Below, piece by piece: positions 16,919-25,515 of a DNA stretch of 64,000 nt (position 1 is the first letter of the stretch; each line of letters starts with the position of its first letter). The stretch spans positions 2,470 through 66,469 of the forward strand of contig CANRIU010000006.1 in NCBI GenBank assembly GCA_947630755.1, in the 5' to 3' direction. A program made the position numbers and the translations under genes. Under the pieces are notes generated by a model. It worked only from the letters and a program-made list of their open reading frames with translations, made no database searches and was not told the origin of the DNA. The stretch is from an uncultured Oscillospiraceae bacterium. Lineage in GTDB: Bacteria; Bacillota; Clostridia; Oscillospirales; Oscillospiraceae.

Positions 16919-17989
16919 TCAAGCGCAAAATACCAAAAGCTCCTTCGGAAGCTCAGTGAGGTCGAAGCACCCGTCCTCTTTTATCTCAATGACGTCCTCG
17001 ATGCGCACGCCGAATTTTCCGGGAAGATAGATCCCCGGCTCCATGGAGATAACGTCGCCGGACCTGAGCACCGCCTCGCTTTTGGGGGCGCAGGTGGGGT
17101 ACTCGTGTATGTCGATGCCCACGCCGTGGGAGAGGGAGTGGGTGAAATACTCCCCGTATCCGGCGTCGGCGATTACCTTTCTCGCCACGCCGTCCAGCTC
17201 CCGGCCTGTCATTCCGGCCTTCGCGGCCTTGATGGCTGTGACCTGGGCCTCTAAGACGGTGTTGTAGACCCTGACCATCTCCTCCGTGGGCTCGCCGATG
17301 GCGACGGTGCGGGTGGTGTCGGAGCAGTAGCCGCGATAGAGGGCGCCGAAGTCCATGGTCAAAAAGCCCCGCTGGAGCTTCACATCCCTGGGCTTTCCGT
17401 GGGGGACGCTGGAGAGGCTGCCGGAGACAACGATGGGGTCGAAGGACTTGTCCTGGGCGCCGAGCTTTAGCATCTGGCAGGTGAGCTCCGCGGCAAGCTC
17501 ACGCTCCGTTATCTCGGGGGTTATGAGCTTTAATGTGTTGGTGAAGGCACGGTCCGCGATGCGCTGGGCGGCGACGAGTATCTCCATCTCCTCGGGGCTC
17601 TTGACAGCCCGCAGGTCCCGGAGAATGTCCTGCCCGGGGACGAATCTGGCGGAGAGCTTCGACTGGAGGGCGGTGTACCTTGCGTAGCTGAGAGACCCCT
17701 CCTCCACGGCGAGGTCCGTGACGCCGTGGGCCCTGAAGTAGTCGTTCATCAGCTCATAGACGGGCTTGTCGTTGGAGCAGATGACCTCCACATCGGAGAT
17801 ACTGCGGCTGGCGTCCTCAAAATAGCGGGCGTCGATGAAGAGAGCGGCGCTCCCGTCGCCGCAGATTATGAGCTCCCCGGCACTGGAGGCAAAGCCCGTG
17901 GCGTAGTAGCGGTTCTGGTCGGAGGTAACGAAAATGGCCTGCGCCTCGCCGGCCTTGACCGCGGCGGAAATTTTCCTTATGTTGTTCAT
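16919..17989 (-). CDS. Xaa-Pro aminopeptidase/dipeptidase (M24B)
   Basis: 356 aa. ...DFGALYRGYCSDTTRT...HSLSHGVGIDIHE...MEPGIY...RIED metal-ligand pattern. Classical neighbour of efp. Confidence 0.9.
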   Translation of the reverse strand: MNNIRKISAAVKAGEAQAIFVTSDQNRYYATGFASSAGELIICGDGSAALFIDARYFEDASRSISDVEVICSNDKPVYELMNDYFRAHGVTDLAVEEGSLSYARYTALQSKLSARFVPGQDILRDLRAVKSPEEMEILVAAQRIADRAFTNTLKLITPEITERELAAELTCQMLKLGAQDKSFDPIVVSGSLSSVPHGKPRDVKLQRGFLTMDFGALYRGYCSDTTRTVAIGEPTEEMVRVYNTVLEAQVTAIKAAKAGMTGRELDGVARKVIADAGYGEYFTHSLSHGVGIDIHEYPTCAPKSEAVLRSGDVISMEPGIYLPGKFGVRIEDVIEIKEDGCFDLTELPKELLVFCA

Positions 17990-18006
17990 GGATAACAGCT
18001 CCTTTT

Positions 18007-18507
18007 TTATTTTTTGCTCCTGTTTTTTCTCTCCCGGCGGAAGGGGAGCTCAAAAAAATATCTTATCGCGAGAAACGGGTTCGTGAATTTTATGGGCTCC
18101 ACCAGCAGCATATGCACCCCGGCGAGGTTTGCGGCGATGGTGTCCGTGTATATCTGGTCGCCGGCGAGGGCGGCGTTCTCCGGCGGGACGCCCGCGGCGC
18201 GCAGCGCCTGCCTCACGCCCCGGGGGCTGGGCTTTCCCGCGCGCTTTATGTAGGGTATGCCGAGAAGGGAGGCAAAGACCTCCGGGCGCTCTCCCTTGTT
18301 GTTGGAGACGATATAGATGGCGATGCCCGCAGACTTCACCCGCTCCGCCCAGTCGATGACCGCTTTTTCAAGAGTCAGCGTCTTGTAGGGGGCGATGGTG
18401 TTGTCCACGTCAAGTATGAGAAGGTCCACGCCAAGGCCCTTGAGAAGCTCCGGCGACAGGTCCGAAACGCTCCGGACCCTGACCTCCGGCAGGAGAGAAA
18501 AGCTCAT
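18007..18507 (-). CDS. YqeG-family HAD-IIIA phosphatase
   Basis: LILDVDNTIAPY...IVSNN...KPSPRG...AGDQIYTD motifs. Confidence 0.88.
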   Translation of the reverse strand: MSFSLLPEVRVRSVSDLSPELLKGLGVDLLILDVDNTIAPYKTLTLEKAVIDWAERVKSAGIAIYIVSNNKGERPEVFASLLGIPYIKRAGKPSPRGVRQALRAAGVPPENAALAGDQIYTDTIAANLAGVHMLLVEPIKFTNPFLAIRYFFELPFRRERKNRSKK

Positions 18508-18575
18508 AAAATACCTCGTCCGGCATAGAATTTATAAAACCAACAGAAGTATAACACACTTCAGGGGAAATGTAC

Positions 18576-19340
18576 ATGAAAGATTTGAATTTTTTCCTCT
18601 CCGTGCCGCCCTGCCGCTCCTTCGACGCGCCCGAGGGGTTTAGGCTGTCACTGGCGTCATACAGTGTGGGGCGGGAGTTTCGGCTTATGCGCGCGCCCTG
18701 CCCCGCCGCGCCCGGCGGGCTGCTGGAGGCCGATATGCGGGCCTTCACCGGGTACGGGCCGCATCCGGGGCTTATCGAGCGGCTCATCCGGGAGTGCGTT
18801 TTCCGGGATCTCTCCGGAATGGTGCTGCGCCTGCCCCGCCCCACGGCGAGCATCGCCGCCTTCTGCCGCCTTCTGGAACCCGAGGCGCGGCGGCGGGGAC
18901 TTGGGCTGTGGCTGCCGGAGAGCTATGCCCGGGTGGCGGAGGGCGCAAAGCTTCTCGTGCCGTCCATGTGCCTTGCGGGGACTTATCGAAGCTATGTCGA
19001 AAAGCGGGCGCGGCTCTACGGCGCGGACAGGCTGGCGCTGGACTTTAACTCCGGGGCGCTGGAGTTTAACCTCCCAGCCCTCTCCGGGCGGGGTACGGCT
19101 GTCCCGGTGCCGGGCGCCGGGGAGGGGCGGGAGTTTTATTCAAGTGAGCTTTCGCTGCGCTATATTTCCCGCGTCCGCCGGGGCCGGGTCCGGGTGACGG
19201 TGTGGGAGGACGAGACGGCTGCGGCGGAGAAAATCGCCCTGGCACTGGCTTTGGGAGTGAAAAGCTTCTTTTTACCATGCGCCGATGACGGGGAGCGGTG
19301 GAAAAAAGTCATAAAAAATTGCGAAAATCGTCTTAAATGA
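18576..19340 (+). CDS. hypothetical protein (254 aa), no recognisable domain
   Basis: Only long ORF in this interval that is not antisense to a recognised gene. Start chosen at the second ATG (GGGGA 7 nt upstream). Arg/Ala/Leu-rich. The coding call is based on length and context only. Confidence 0.55.
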   Translation: MKDLNFFLSVPPCRSFDAPEGFRLSLASYSVGREFRLMRAPCPAAPGGLLEADMRAFTGYGPHPGLIERLIRECVFRDLSGMVLRLPRPTASIAAFCRLLEPEARRRGLGLWLPESYARVAEGAKLLVPSMCLAGTYRSYVEKRARLYGADRLALDFNSGALEFNLPALSGRGTAVPVPGAGEGREFYSSELSLRYISRVRRGRVRVTVWEDETAAAEKIALALALGVKSFFLPCADDGERWKKVIKNCENRLK

Positions 19341-19398
19341 TTGCACATAACGGGATTTGGTGGTAAAATAGATATATATTTTCCAAGGAGGTAGCGCA

Positions 19399-20286
19399 AT
19401 GTCAAAAGCCAGGGTATATTTTACAAAAAATCTCTCCCCGGAGACTGTCGTTAAGATGTACGAGCTTCTGGGGGTTACCCTTCCCGGCAAGGTCGCCGTG
19501 AAGGTCCACTCCGGCGAGGAGGGAAACCAAAATTACCTCCGCCCGGAGTTCATGCGCCCCATGGTGGAGCGTGTCCACGGGACGGTGGTGGAGTGCAACA
19601 CCGCCTACGACGGCGAGCGCAACAGCTCGGACAAGCACCTAAGGCTCCTCAAATCCCACGGCTGGAGCGAGTATTTTGACGTGGATCTGATGGACGAGAC
19701 AGGTCCCGACGTCCCCCTCATCATCCCCGGCGGCAAGGTGCTCAAGGTGAATCTGGTGGGGAAAGATCTCATGAATTACGACTCCCTTCTGGTGCTCTCC
19801 CACTTCAAGGGCCACCCCATGGGGGGCTTCGGCGGGGCGCTGAAGCAGCTCTCCATCGGCTGCGCCTCCAGTGTGGGCAAGTGCCTCATCCACTCCGCCG
19901 GGAGGGACGTGGACCAGAATACGCTCTGGGATAACTGCGCCTCTCAGGAGGAATTCTGCGAGGCCATGGCGGATGCGGCGATGTCCGTCCACGAGCACTT
20001 CAGGGGCCGGGCCGCCTATGTGTCCATGGTGTGCAATCTGAGCGTGGACTGCGACTGCTGCGCCGTGGCGGAGGACCCCTGCATGGCGGACATCGGGACC
20101 CTGTCCTCCCTTGACCCCGTGGCGCTGGACAAGGCGTGCCTCGACCTCATCGACGCCGCAAAGGACGACCCGGGCCAGAAGCACTTTTTGGAGCGGGTGG
20201 ACTCCCGCCGCGGACGCCACACCATCGAGGCGGCGGACGCGCTTGGCTTCGGGACCACGGATTACGAGCTTATTTGCGTTGATTGA
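19399..20286 (+). CDS. DUF362 domain protein
   Basis: MSKARVYFTKNLSPETVVKMYE...VAVKVHSGEEGN...LSHFKGHPMGGFGGALKQLSIGC, with a C-terminal Cys-rich segment CNLSVDCDCC. Confidence 0.8.
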   Translation: MSKARVYFTKNLSPETVVKMYELLGVTLPGKVAVKVHSGEEGNQNYLRPEFMRPMVERVHGTVVECNTAYDGERNSSDKHLRLLKSHGWSEYFDVDLMDETGPDVPLIIPGGKVLKVNLVGKDLMNYDSLLVLSHFKGHPMGGFGGALKQLSIGCASSVGKCLIHSAGRDVDQNTLWDNCASQEEFCEAMADAAMSVHEHFRGRAAYVSMVCNLSVDCDCCAVAEDPCMADIGTLSSLDPVALDKACLDLIDAAKDDPGQKHFLERVDSRRGRHTIEAADALGFGTTDYELICVD

Positions 20287-20305
20287 AACAGCATGATGTG
20301 ATGTG

Positions 20306-20342
20306 AAAGCCGCCCGGACGCATAAGCGTCCGGGCGGCTTTA
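20306..20342. terminator. GC-rich hairpin between convergent genes (weak U tracts)
   Basis: AGCCGCCCGGACGC-ATAA-GCGTCCGGGCGGCT, a 14-bp perfect stem. Confidence 0.6.
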
Positions 20343-20390
20343 GCTTCGGGGATCAATTTACGGGGGATGAATCAGGATCTGACGATTTGA

Positions 20391-23177
20391 TTATCTGTCC
20401 GCAAGCTTTAAATACCTTGTCAATATTGCGGCTACTTCAGCACGCTGAGCGGTATCTTCCGGAGCAAAGCTGTTGCCTCCCTTCCCGGTGATAATACCGT
20501 TCTGCGCACACCACGCCACGGCCTCATGGGCCCAGGAGGAGATCTTGTCGGCATCGGCGAAGGGAATCTGATATGTCAACTCACCAGTATATCCTCCGCC
20601 TTTTTGCTTCTCATAGCGATAAAGGATCGTGACCATCTGTTCGCGAGTGATCGGCTCATTCGGCCTGAATTCGCCGTTGCCGTAGCCGTCAACGATGTCC
20701 TTGCTGGCGGCCCAGCGAACAGCGTCTGCATACCAGGAATTCTCGGAAACATCCGTAAACGGCATCGGAGAATCAATAGAAGGATTGCCCTCCAGGTTCC
20801 ACAGGGTCATGACCATCTGCGCTCTCGTGGTGGTTCCTTTCGGGACAAACATACTGCCGCCGACACCGCTCATAATCCCTTTTTCTATGACAAAGTCAGT
20901 ATACTCGTGATACCATGCATTTGGTTTTAGGTCGGACATGGTCGAAGATAAGCATTTTACAAATTCTGCGTTTACGGTGACCGCGCCGGAGGGCATGATG
21001 AAGGAAAATACATTCTTTCCATCGGCGGTAACATCAATAATATTCCCGTCAGCATCGGTAACCTCTATTGTTCCCGCGTGGTATCCGGTATCGGGCAGGG
21101 CCGTGACAGTGATCTTCTCTCCGGCCTTTGCCGAATTGGCAGAAACGCTGATTTTACCGTTTTCAGCTTCCGCCAAGGTGATTTGACAGCTTGTTTCGAC
21201 CGGAACAGAGGGGGCGGAGGGCGTAGGCGGGACATCGGGCTCGACAGCGGACTGTATTTTCTCAAATACAGCAGTCAATGCCCTGTCTGAAGTGATCGTA
21301 AAGCTGTACTCGGCGCTGGAGCTTACGATTTGTCCGTTCTCAGTCCAATTTACAAACTTATAGCCTTCCGCGGGCGCCGCGGTGACAGTTACTTCACTGC
21401 CCTCATCGTATGTACCGCCGCCATCAACTGAGCCGTATTCCGCGGGGCTTGCAGTAACAGTAACCGTATATGTTTTGATTTCGGGCTTTATCTCGGCCCA
21501 GTGGGCGTAAATAGTCGTATCCTCGGTGAACACAGTGTCCAACGTGACCTGGACTCCGCCGTCGGCCTCGGTATACCAACCGAGAAAATCGTATCCGCTT
21601 CTGGTCGGAGCGGCCGGAAGCTCATCGAGCTTGCCCGACAGAGGGAGTATTACGGAGCTATCGCCGGAGACGGTGCCGCCGTTGGCGTCCAACGTCAGAG
21701 TGACGAGCTTTTGCGCCATGGTAAAGTCGCTGAAGCTCCTCAGGACAAAGGAGGCGTACCACTTATCGCCGCTCTGGAATACATACGGGAATAGCACACG
21801 GACGTCCCCGTCCTGCTCATAGTGCAGGATGACGAGCCGGTAGGGATCGATGTCTTCCGGTATAGGCATTGTGATCTTTACCGGGACCTGGAGATTTTCC
21901 TGATCGACGACGCCATCCAGACCCATGGAGAAGCTGATGGCGAGGGTGTTGTCATACTCCTTCGGTGTGGTATGTTCCTCCTGCGGCTTATCCACCTTGA
22001 GCACTATATTCTCTGTGTTCTCCGGTACGTCGTTAAGGGCGGCGCCGACAATGGATACATCCTCACTGTTAAACCCGTTAAGGTCGTCCCCGGTCTCCAC
22101 ACTGACCTCGATACCGGTCCTCTCTTCAAGCTGTGACAGAAGATCGGCGACGCCGCCAGGCTGGCCCTGGTCGGCGGCAAGGGCGGTCTCAAGGAAATCA
22201 GTGCCCAACGACTGGACAGATTCCTTCAGGTCAGACTCGGTGTCGGTAAGAGCGCTGAGCTGCTTTCGGGCTTCTTCGGACAAGCTGGCGACGTTGTACG
22301 CCGGGCTTAGTTCGGACCATGGGCTGGTCCGGATAACCTCGATGTTTTTGGATATGGACCTCACTCTGAAATAGTAGTATCCTTCGCCATAATAACTGAA
22401 CATATGATTGATAAAATCATTATACATGTATTTAACTGTTTCTAAGCCATAAACAGGGTAGCCAAGATTTTGGTAATAACTATTAGGGTAATAACCACTC
22501 ATAGTATACATTGGACCTTCAACATTCTCCGTATCCCCTGTTTGTGAGAAAAAGAAAGCAATATCATACTCATCAAGATTACTATCATCTTCCAAGACTT
22601 TGAAATCAATCTCGTTGCCATTCCAATTCAGCTCAGTGGGAGCAGGCAGCTGAGCCTCCGGTCGTTCATATGTCCAGTGCTCTGATACTGCAATCTCACT
22701 GTCCAGATAATTGACTCCGTCACCCAAAAGCTGAACTGTGAAATAGTATTCTCCGCTTGTTAACTCATAGTAGTAATCGCTTTCCCATTCCGGTACCGTG
22801 TCCTGATAAGTAAAATGACATGACCAAAAATCAAATGGCGATTGGCACCCGTTGTCCCCAAAATATTGGGGGGCATATTCTTCAAGAATAACAGAATCAG
22901 GATTGCCTACCTGATAGTAATTAATCTGGACTGCACAACCAGATGGAAGATATTCAGCAGTAAAACCCGTGCTAGATTTTTCTTCAACGTATTTGCGCAG
23001 TTCTCCGCCTATATAACCATACATCATCCCCCACGCCAAATTTTCGGGAGTCGGCAGCTTCACAGGCTCGGGTTGGGGGGTTGGGTCCGTTTCTTCCGCC
23101 GCAAGCACCGATGGAACCATGCACATTATGACCGCTGCAGCGACCAGCATACAAATCACACGATGTAATTTTTTCAT
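20391..23177 (-). CDS. large secreted cell-surface protein: two FN3-like N-terminal modules, InlB-B/Listeria-Bacteroides-type repeats, and three C-terminal SLH domains
   Basis: Signal peptide MKKLHRVICMLVAAAVIMCMVPSVLAAEE. GYDFLGWYTEADGG...TIYAHW repeat. YTVTVTASPAEYGSV..GYKFVNWTENG. The C-terminus has three SLH-like units (FTDVSENSWYADAVRWAASKDIVDGYGNGEFRP..., FADADKISSWAHEAVAWCAQNGIITG...). Confidence 0.9.
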   Translation of the reverse strand: MKKLHRVICMLVAAAVIMCMVPSVLAAEETDPTPQPEPVKLPTPENLAWGMMYGYIGGELRKYVEEKSSTGFTAEYLPSGCAVQINYYQVGNPDSVILEEYAPQYFGDNGCQSPFDFWSCHFTYQDTVPEWESDYYYELTSGEYYFTVQLLGDGVNYLDSEIAVSEHWTYERPEAQLPAPTELNWNGNEIDFKVLEDDSNLDEYDIAFFFSQTGDTENVEGPMYTMSGYYPNSYYQNLGYPVYGLETVKYMYNDFINHMFSYYGEGYYYFRVRSISKNIEVIRTSPWSELSPAYNVASLSEEARKQLSALTDTESDLKESVQSLGTDFLETALAADQGQPGGVADLLSQLEERTGIEVSVETGDDLNGFNSEDVSIVGAALNDVPENTENIVLKVDKPQEEHTTPKEYDNTLAISFSMGLDGVVDQENLQVPVKITMPIPEDIDPYRLVILHYEQDGDVRVLFPYVFQSGDKWYASFVLRSFSDFTMAQKLVTLTLDANGGTVSGDSSVILPLSGKLDELPAAPTRSGYDFLGWYTEADGGVQVTLDTVFTEDTTIYAHWAEIKPEIKTYTVTVTASPAEYGSVDGGGTYDEGSEVTVTAAPAEGYKFVNWTENGQIVSSSAEYSFTITSDRALTAVFEKIQSAVEPDVPPTPSAPSVPVETSCQITLAEAENGKISVSANSAKAGEKITVTALPDTGYHAGTIEVTDADGNIIDVTADGKNVFSFIMPSGAVTVNAEFVKCLSSTMSDLKPNAWYHEYTDFVIEKGIMSGVGGSMFVPKGTTTRAQMVMTLWNLEGNPSIDSPMPFTDVSENSWYADAVRWAASKDIVDGYGNGEFRPNEPITREQMVTILYRYEKQKGGGYTGELTYQIPFADADKISSWAHEAVAWCAQNGIITGKGGNSFAPEDTAQRAEVAAILTRYLKLADR

Positions 23178-23200
23178 GACATTTTACCTCCAGTACTTAT

Positions 23201-23518
23201 TTATTCAACTCCAATAAACCTTTTTGCTACTTCCTTTAAGCATGTTATGAATTCCCTAAGTCTGTCGCTTCCATTAATCCTCAAATAATCGTTTAAATTC
23301 TCCCCTTTCTCAAAGTTCACCTGTTCCATCCAGTAATTGATTTCATCAAACTTAATAATACCTCGCGCTGCAAATAAGCTTAGTCCGTTCTCCAATTCTT
23401 CATACGGTTCAGTAGAAAAAGAGTCAGCTGAAATAATTCGGTTACCATCACTGTCAAGGCAGCCTATGCGGAATAAGCACTCCAATTCAAGGGCCCATTG
23501 TTTTGATTCTCTACACAT
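23201..23518 (-). CDS. small cytoplasmic hypothetical protein (105 aa) in a low-G+C segment, apparently co-transcribed with the SLH protein gene
   Basis: Start moved to ATG 23518 (GGAGGAG 6 nt upstream). MCRESKQWALELECLFRIGCLDSDGNRII... has no motif I recognise. A 23-nt gap with GGAGGT precedes the SLH gene. Confidence 0.6.
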   Translation of the reverse strand: MCRESKQWALELECLFRIGCLDSDGNRIISADSFSTEPYEELENGLSLFAARGIIKFDEINYWMEQVNFEKGENLNDYLRINGSDRLREFITCLKEVAKRFIGVE

Positions 23519-23755
23519 GTTTTTCTCCTCCAATCATTTTTTTGCAATGCAGAAATTGCGATTAAGTGTACTTTTCTGCACACGCAAAATCCTGCCATAG
23601 TCTTATCCCGTAAGAGAAAAAAATAGTAAAATTGGTATTGAAAAACATCCTTGGGACAGCTATAATAAGAACATACTTTAATGTAAAGCAATTTACAAAA
23701 AAGTACACTTTTTTGCAAAATCTCCCTTCAAATCCTGTTTTTCACCCTTTTCTAC

Positions 23756-23795
23756 AGACAAAAATGCCGCGCGGGGGACTGTCCCCCGCGCGGCT
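23756..23795 (-). terminator. intrinsic terminator after the ABC exporter gene
   Basis: The minus strand reads GCCGCGCGGGGGA-CAG-TCCCCCGCGCGGC followed by ATTTTTGT. Confidence 0.8.
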
Positions 23796-23799
23796 TATT

Positions 23800-25515
23800 T
23801 TACTGCGACACTGTATACAGGGCGTGGAAGTAGCCCCTTTTGTCCATCAGCTCCTCGAAGCTCCCGGATTCCGCGATCCTCCCGTCCTTCAGGACGAGTA
23901 TGCCGTCGTACTGCCTGAGAAGCGACTCCGTCAGGGCGTGGGTGACGACTATGCGGGTAATGCCCTCGAGCTTCAATATGTCCCCCGTCACCTGATAGGC
24001 CGTCTTGGCGTCCAGAGACGCCGTCACCTCGTCGGCAAGGAGCACGGAGGAGCTTTGCAGGAGGCTCCTGGCGATGGAGATGCGCTGCTTTTCGCCGCCG
24101 GAGAGGTTCTTGCCGTTCTCGCCGCACCTGTAGTCCGGGCCGTGCCCGGCTATGAGCGGCGATAGGCCGGAGCGCTCTATGGCCCGCTCAACGTCCTCCT
24201 CGGGGAAGTCCCGGAACATGGTGATGTTGTCCCGGATGGAGGCGTCGAACACGAATACGTCCTGCTCCACCATGGAGACGAGCTCGTATAGCGATTTGCT
24301 GCTCACCTGCCGGAGCTCCGCGCCATCATAGCGTATCTCCCCGGCGTAGTCCCGGCGGGAGGCCATAAGGAGGCTCAAAAGGGTGGATTTCCCGCTGCCG
24401 GAGGCGCCGACCACGGCGTAGCTCTTCCCCGCGGCGAAGGTGAAGCTTATGTCGTGCAGGACCTCCCGGCCCGGCTCATAGCCGAAGCTGAGATCGCGCA
24501 CCGAAATGCCGTCCTTGAGGCTCTTTGGGATGTCCCGGCCCTCGTCCCGGACGTTGGATTCCAGCGCCGAGGCCATCTTGTCCACAAGGCCCAGGGCCGC
24601 CCTCCGGGAGGCCAGAAGCCCCGGCATCTCACGGACCGAGGATATGACGGCGCCGGTCAGGTTCATGAATACGATAAGTATCCCCGGGGTTATCCCAAAG
24701 CCCGAGAGGGCGAGGACGGCTCCCACGAGAAACGAGCCAAACTGGGCTATGCTGGAGGCGAGGCCGCTGGTCATGCTTATGATAACATTGAGCTTTCTGC
24801 GGCGGCATTTGGCCTCCTCGGAGGCGTCGCTTGATTTGGTGAGAAGGTCCACCGCCGCGCCCTCCGCCCGGAAGCTCTTTATGACCGAAAAGCCGCTGAG
24901 GATGTCCTTGAGGGAGGCCGTAAACCCGGCGTTTTTCTCCGAGACTGTTTTCTCCGCCCGCTCAAGGCGCTTTCCCGCCAGGGCGGAGGTCAGGAAGGGC
25001 AGGACGCACAGGGCCACGGCGATAAGGGTGAGGAGCGGGCTGTACACCAGCATCAGGATGAGCGACCCCGAGCCCCAGACGACCATGAAGGTCAGCATGT
25101 ACTGCTTTTCCAGATAGCCTGCCTCCACTGTCGCCAGGTCGTTGGAGAAGGCGGAGAGGTAGACGCCAGTGTCCTCGATTTTGAATGATGCGATGCTCTT
25201 CCGGGTCAGCCGCTCAAAGGCGAAGGTCTTAAACTGTGACAGGGCCTTTTTCATAAAATGCGGCTCGGAGACGTAGTTAAGCGCCTTTATCGGGACTATA
25301 AGCAGCACGTCCAGGGCCACAAGCACGGAGATCGTCCCCAGTCCGAAGGAGCCCTCCACGCCGGAGACGGCGTCGACGAACTGCTGCAAGAGCCAGGAGT
25401 CGTAAATGTTCATGGAGGCGATGAGCATCGCCGAGAGGATCATGCAGGAGTAGGCGATTTTGTTGCCGTTATAAAATTTTGTGATGTACTCTCTTCTCAG
25501 TGCGGCGTTACTCAT
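23800..25515 (-). CDS. ABC exporter, fused TMD-NBD half-transporter (MsbA/type IV fold class)
   Basis: 571 aa. Six predicted TM helices, then GASGSGKSTL, LSGGEKQRISIARSL, LLADEVTASLD. No C39 peptidase domain. Confidence 0.9.
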   Translation of the reverse strand: MSNAALRREYITKFYNGNKIAYSCMILSAMLIASMNIYDSWLLQQFVDAVSGVEGSFGLGTISVLVALDVLLIVPIKALNYVSEPHFMKKALSQFKTFAFERLTRKSIASFKIEDTGVYLSAFSNDLATVEAGYLEKQYMLTFMVVWGSGSLILMLVYSPLLTLIAVALCVLPFLTSALAGKRLERAEKTVSEKNAGFTASLKDILSGFSVIKSFRAEGAAVDLLTKSSDASEEAKCRRRKLNVIISMTSGLASSIAQFGSFLVGAVLALSGFGITPGILIVFMNLTGAVISSVREMPGLLASRRAALGLVDKMASALESNVRDEGRDIPKSLKDGISVRDLSFGYEPGREVLHDISFTFAAGKSYAVVGASGSGKSTLLSLLMASRRDYAGEIRYDGAELRQVSSKSLYELVSMVEQDVFVFDASIRDNITMFRDFPEEDVERAIERSGLSPLIAGHGPDYRCGENGKNLSGGEKQRISIARSLLQSSSVLLADEVTASLDAKTAYQVTGDILKLEGITRIVVTHALTESLLRQYDGILVLKDGRIAESGSFEELMDKRGYFHALYTVSQ

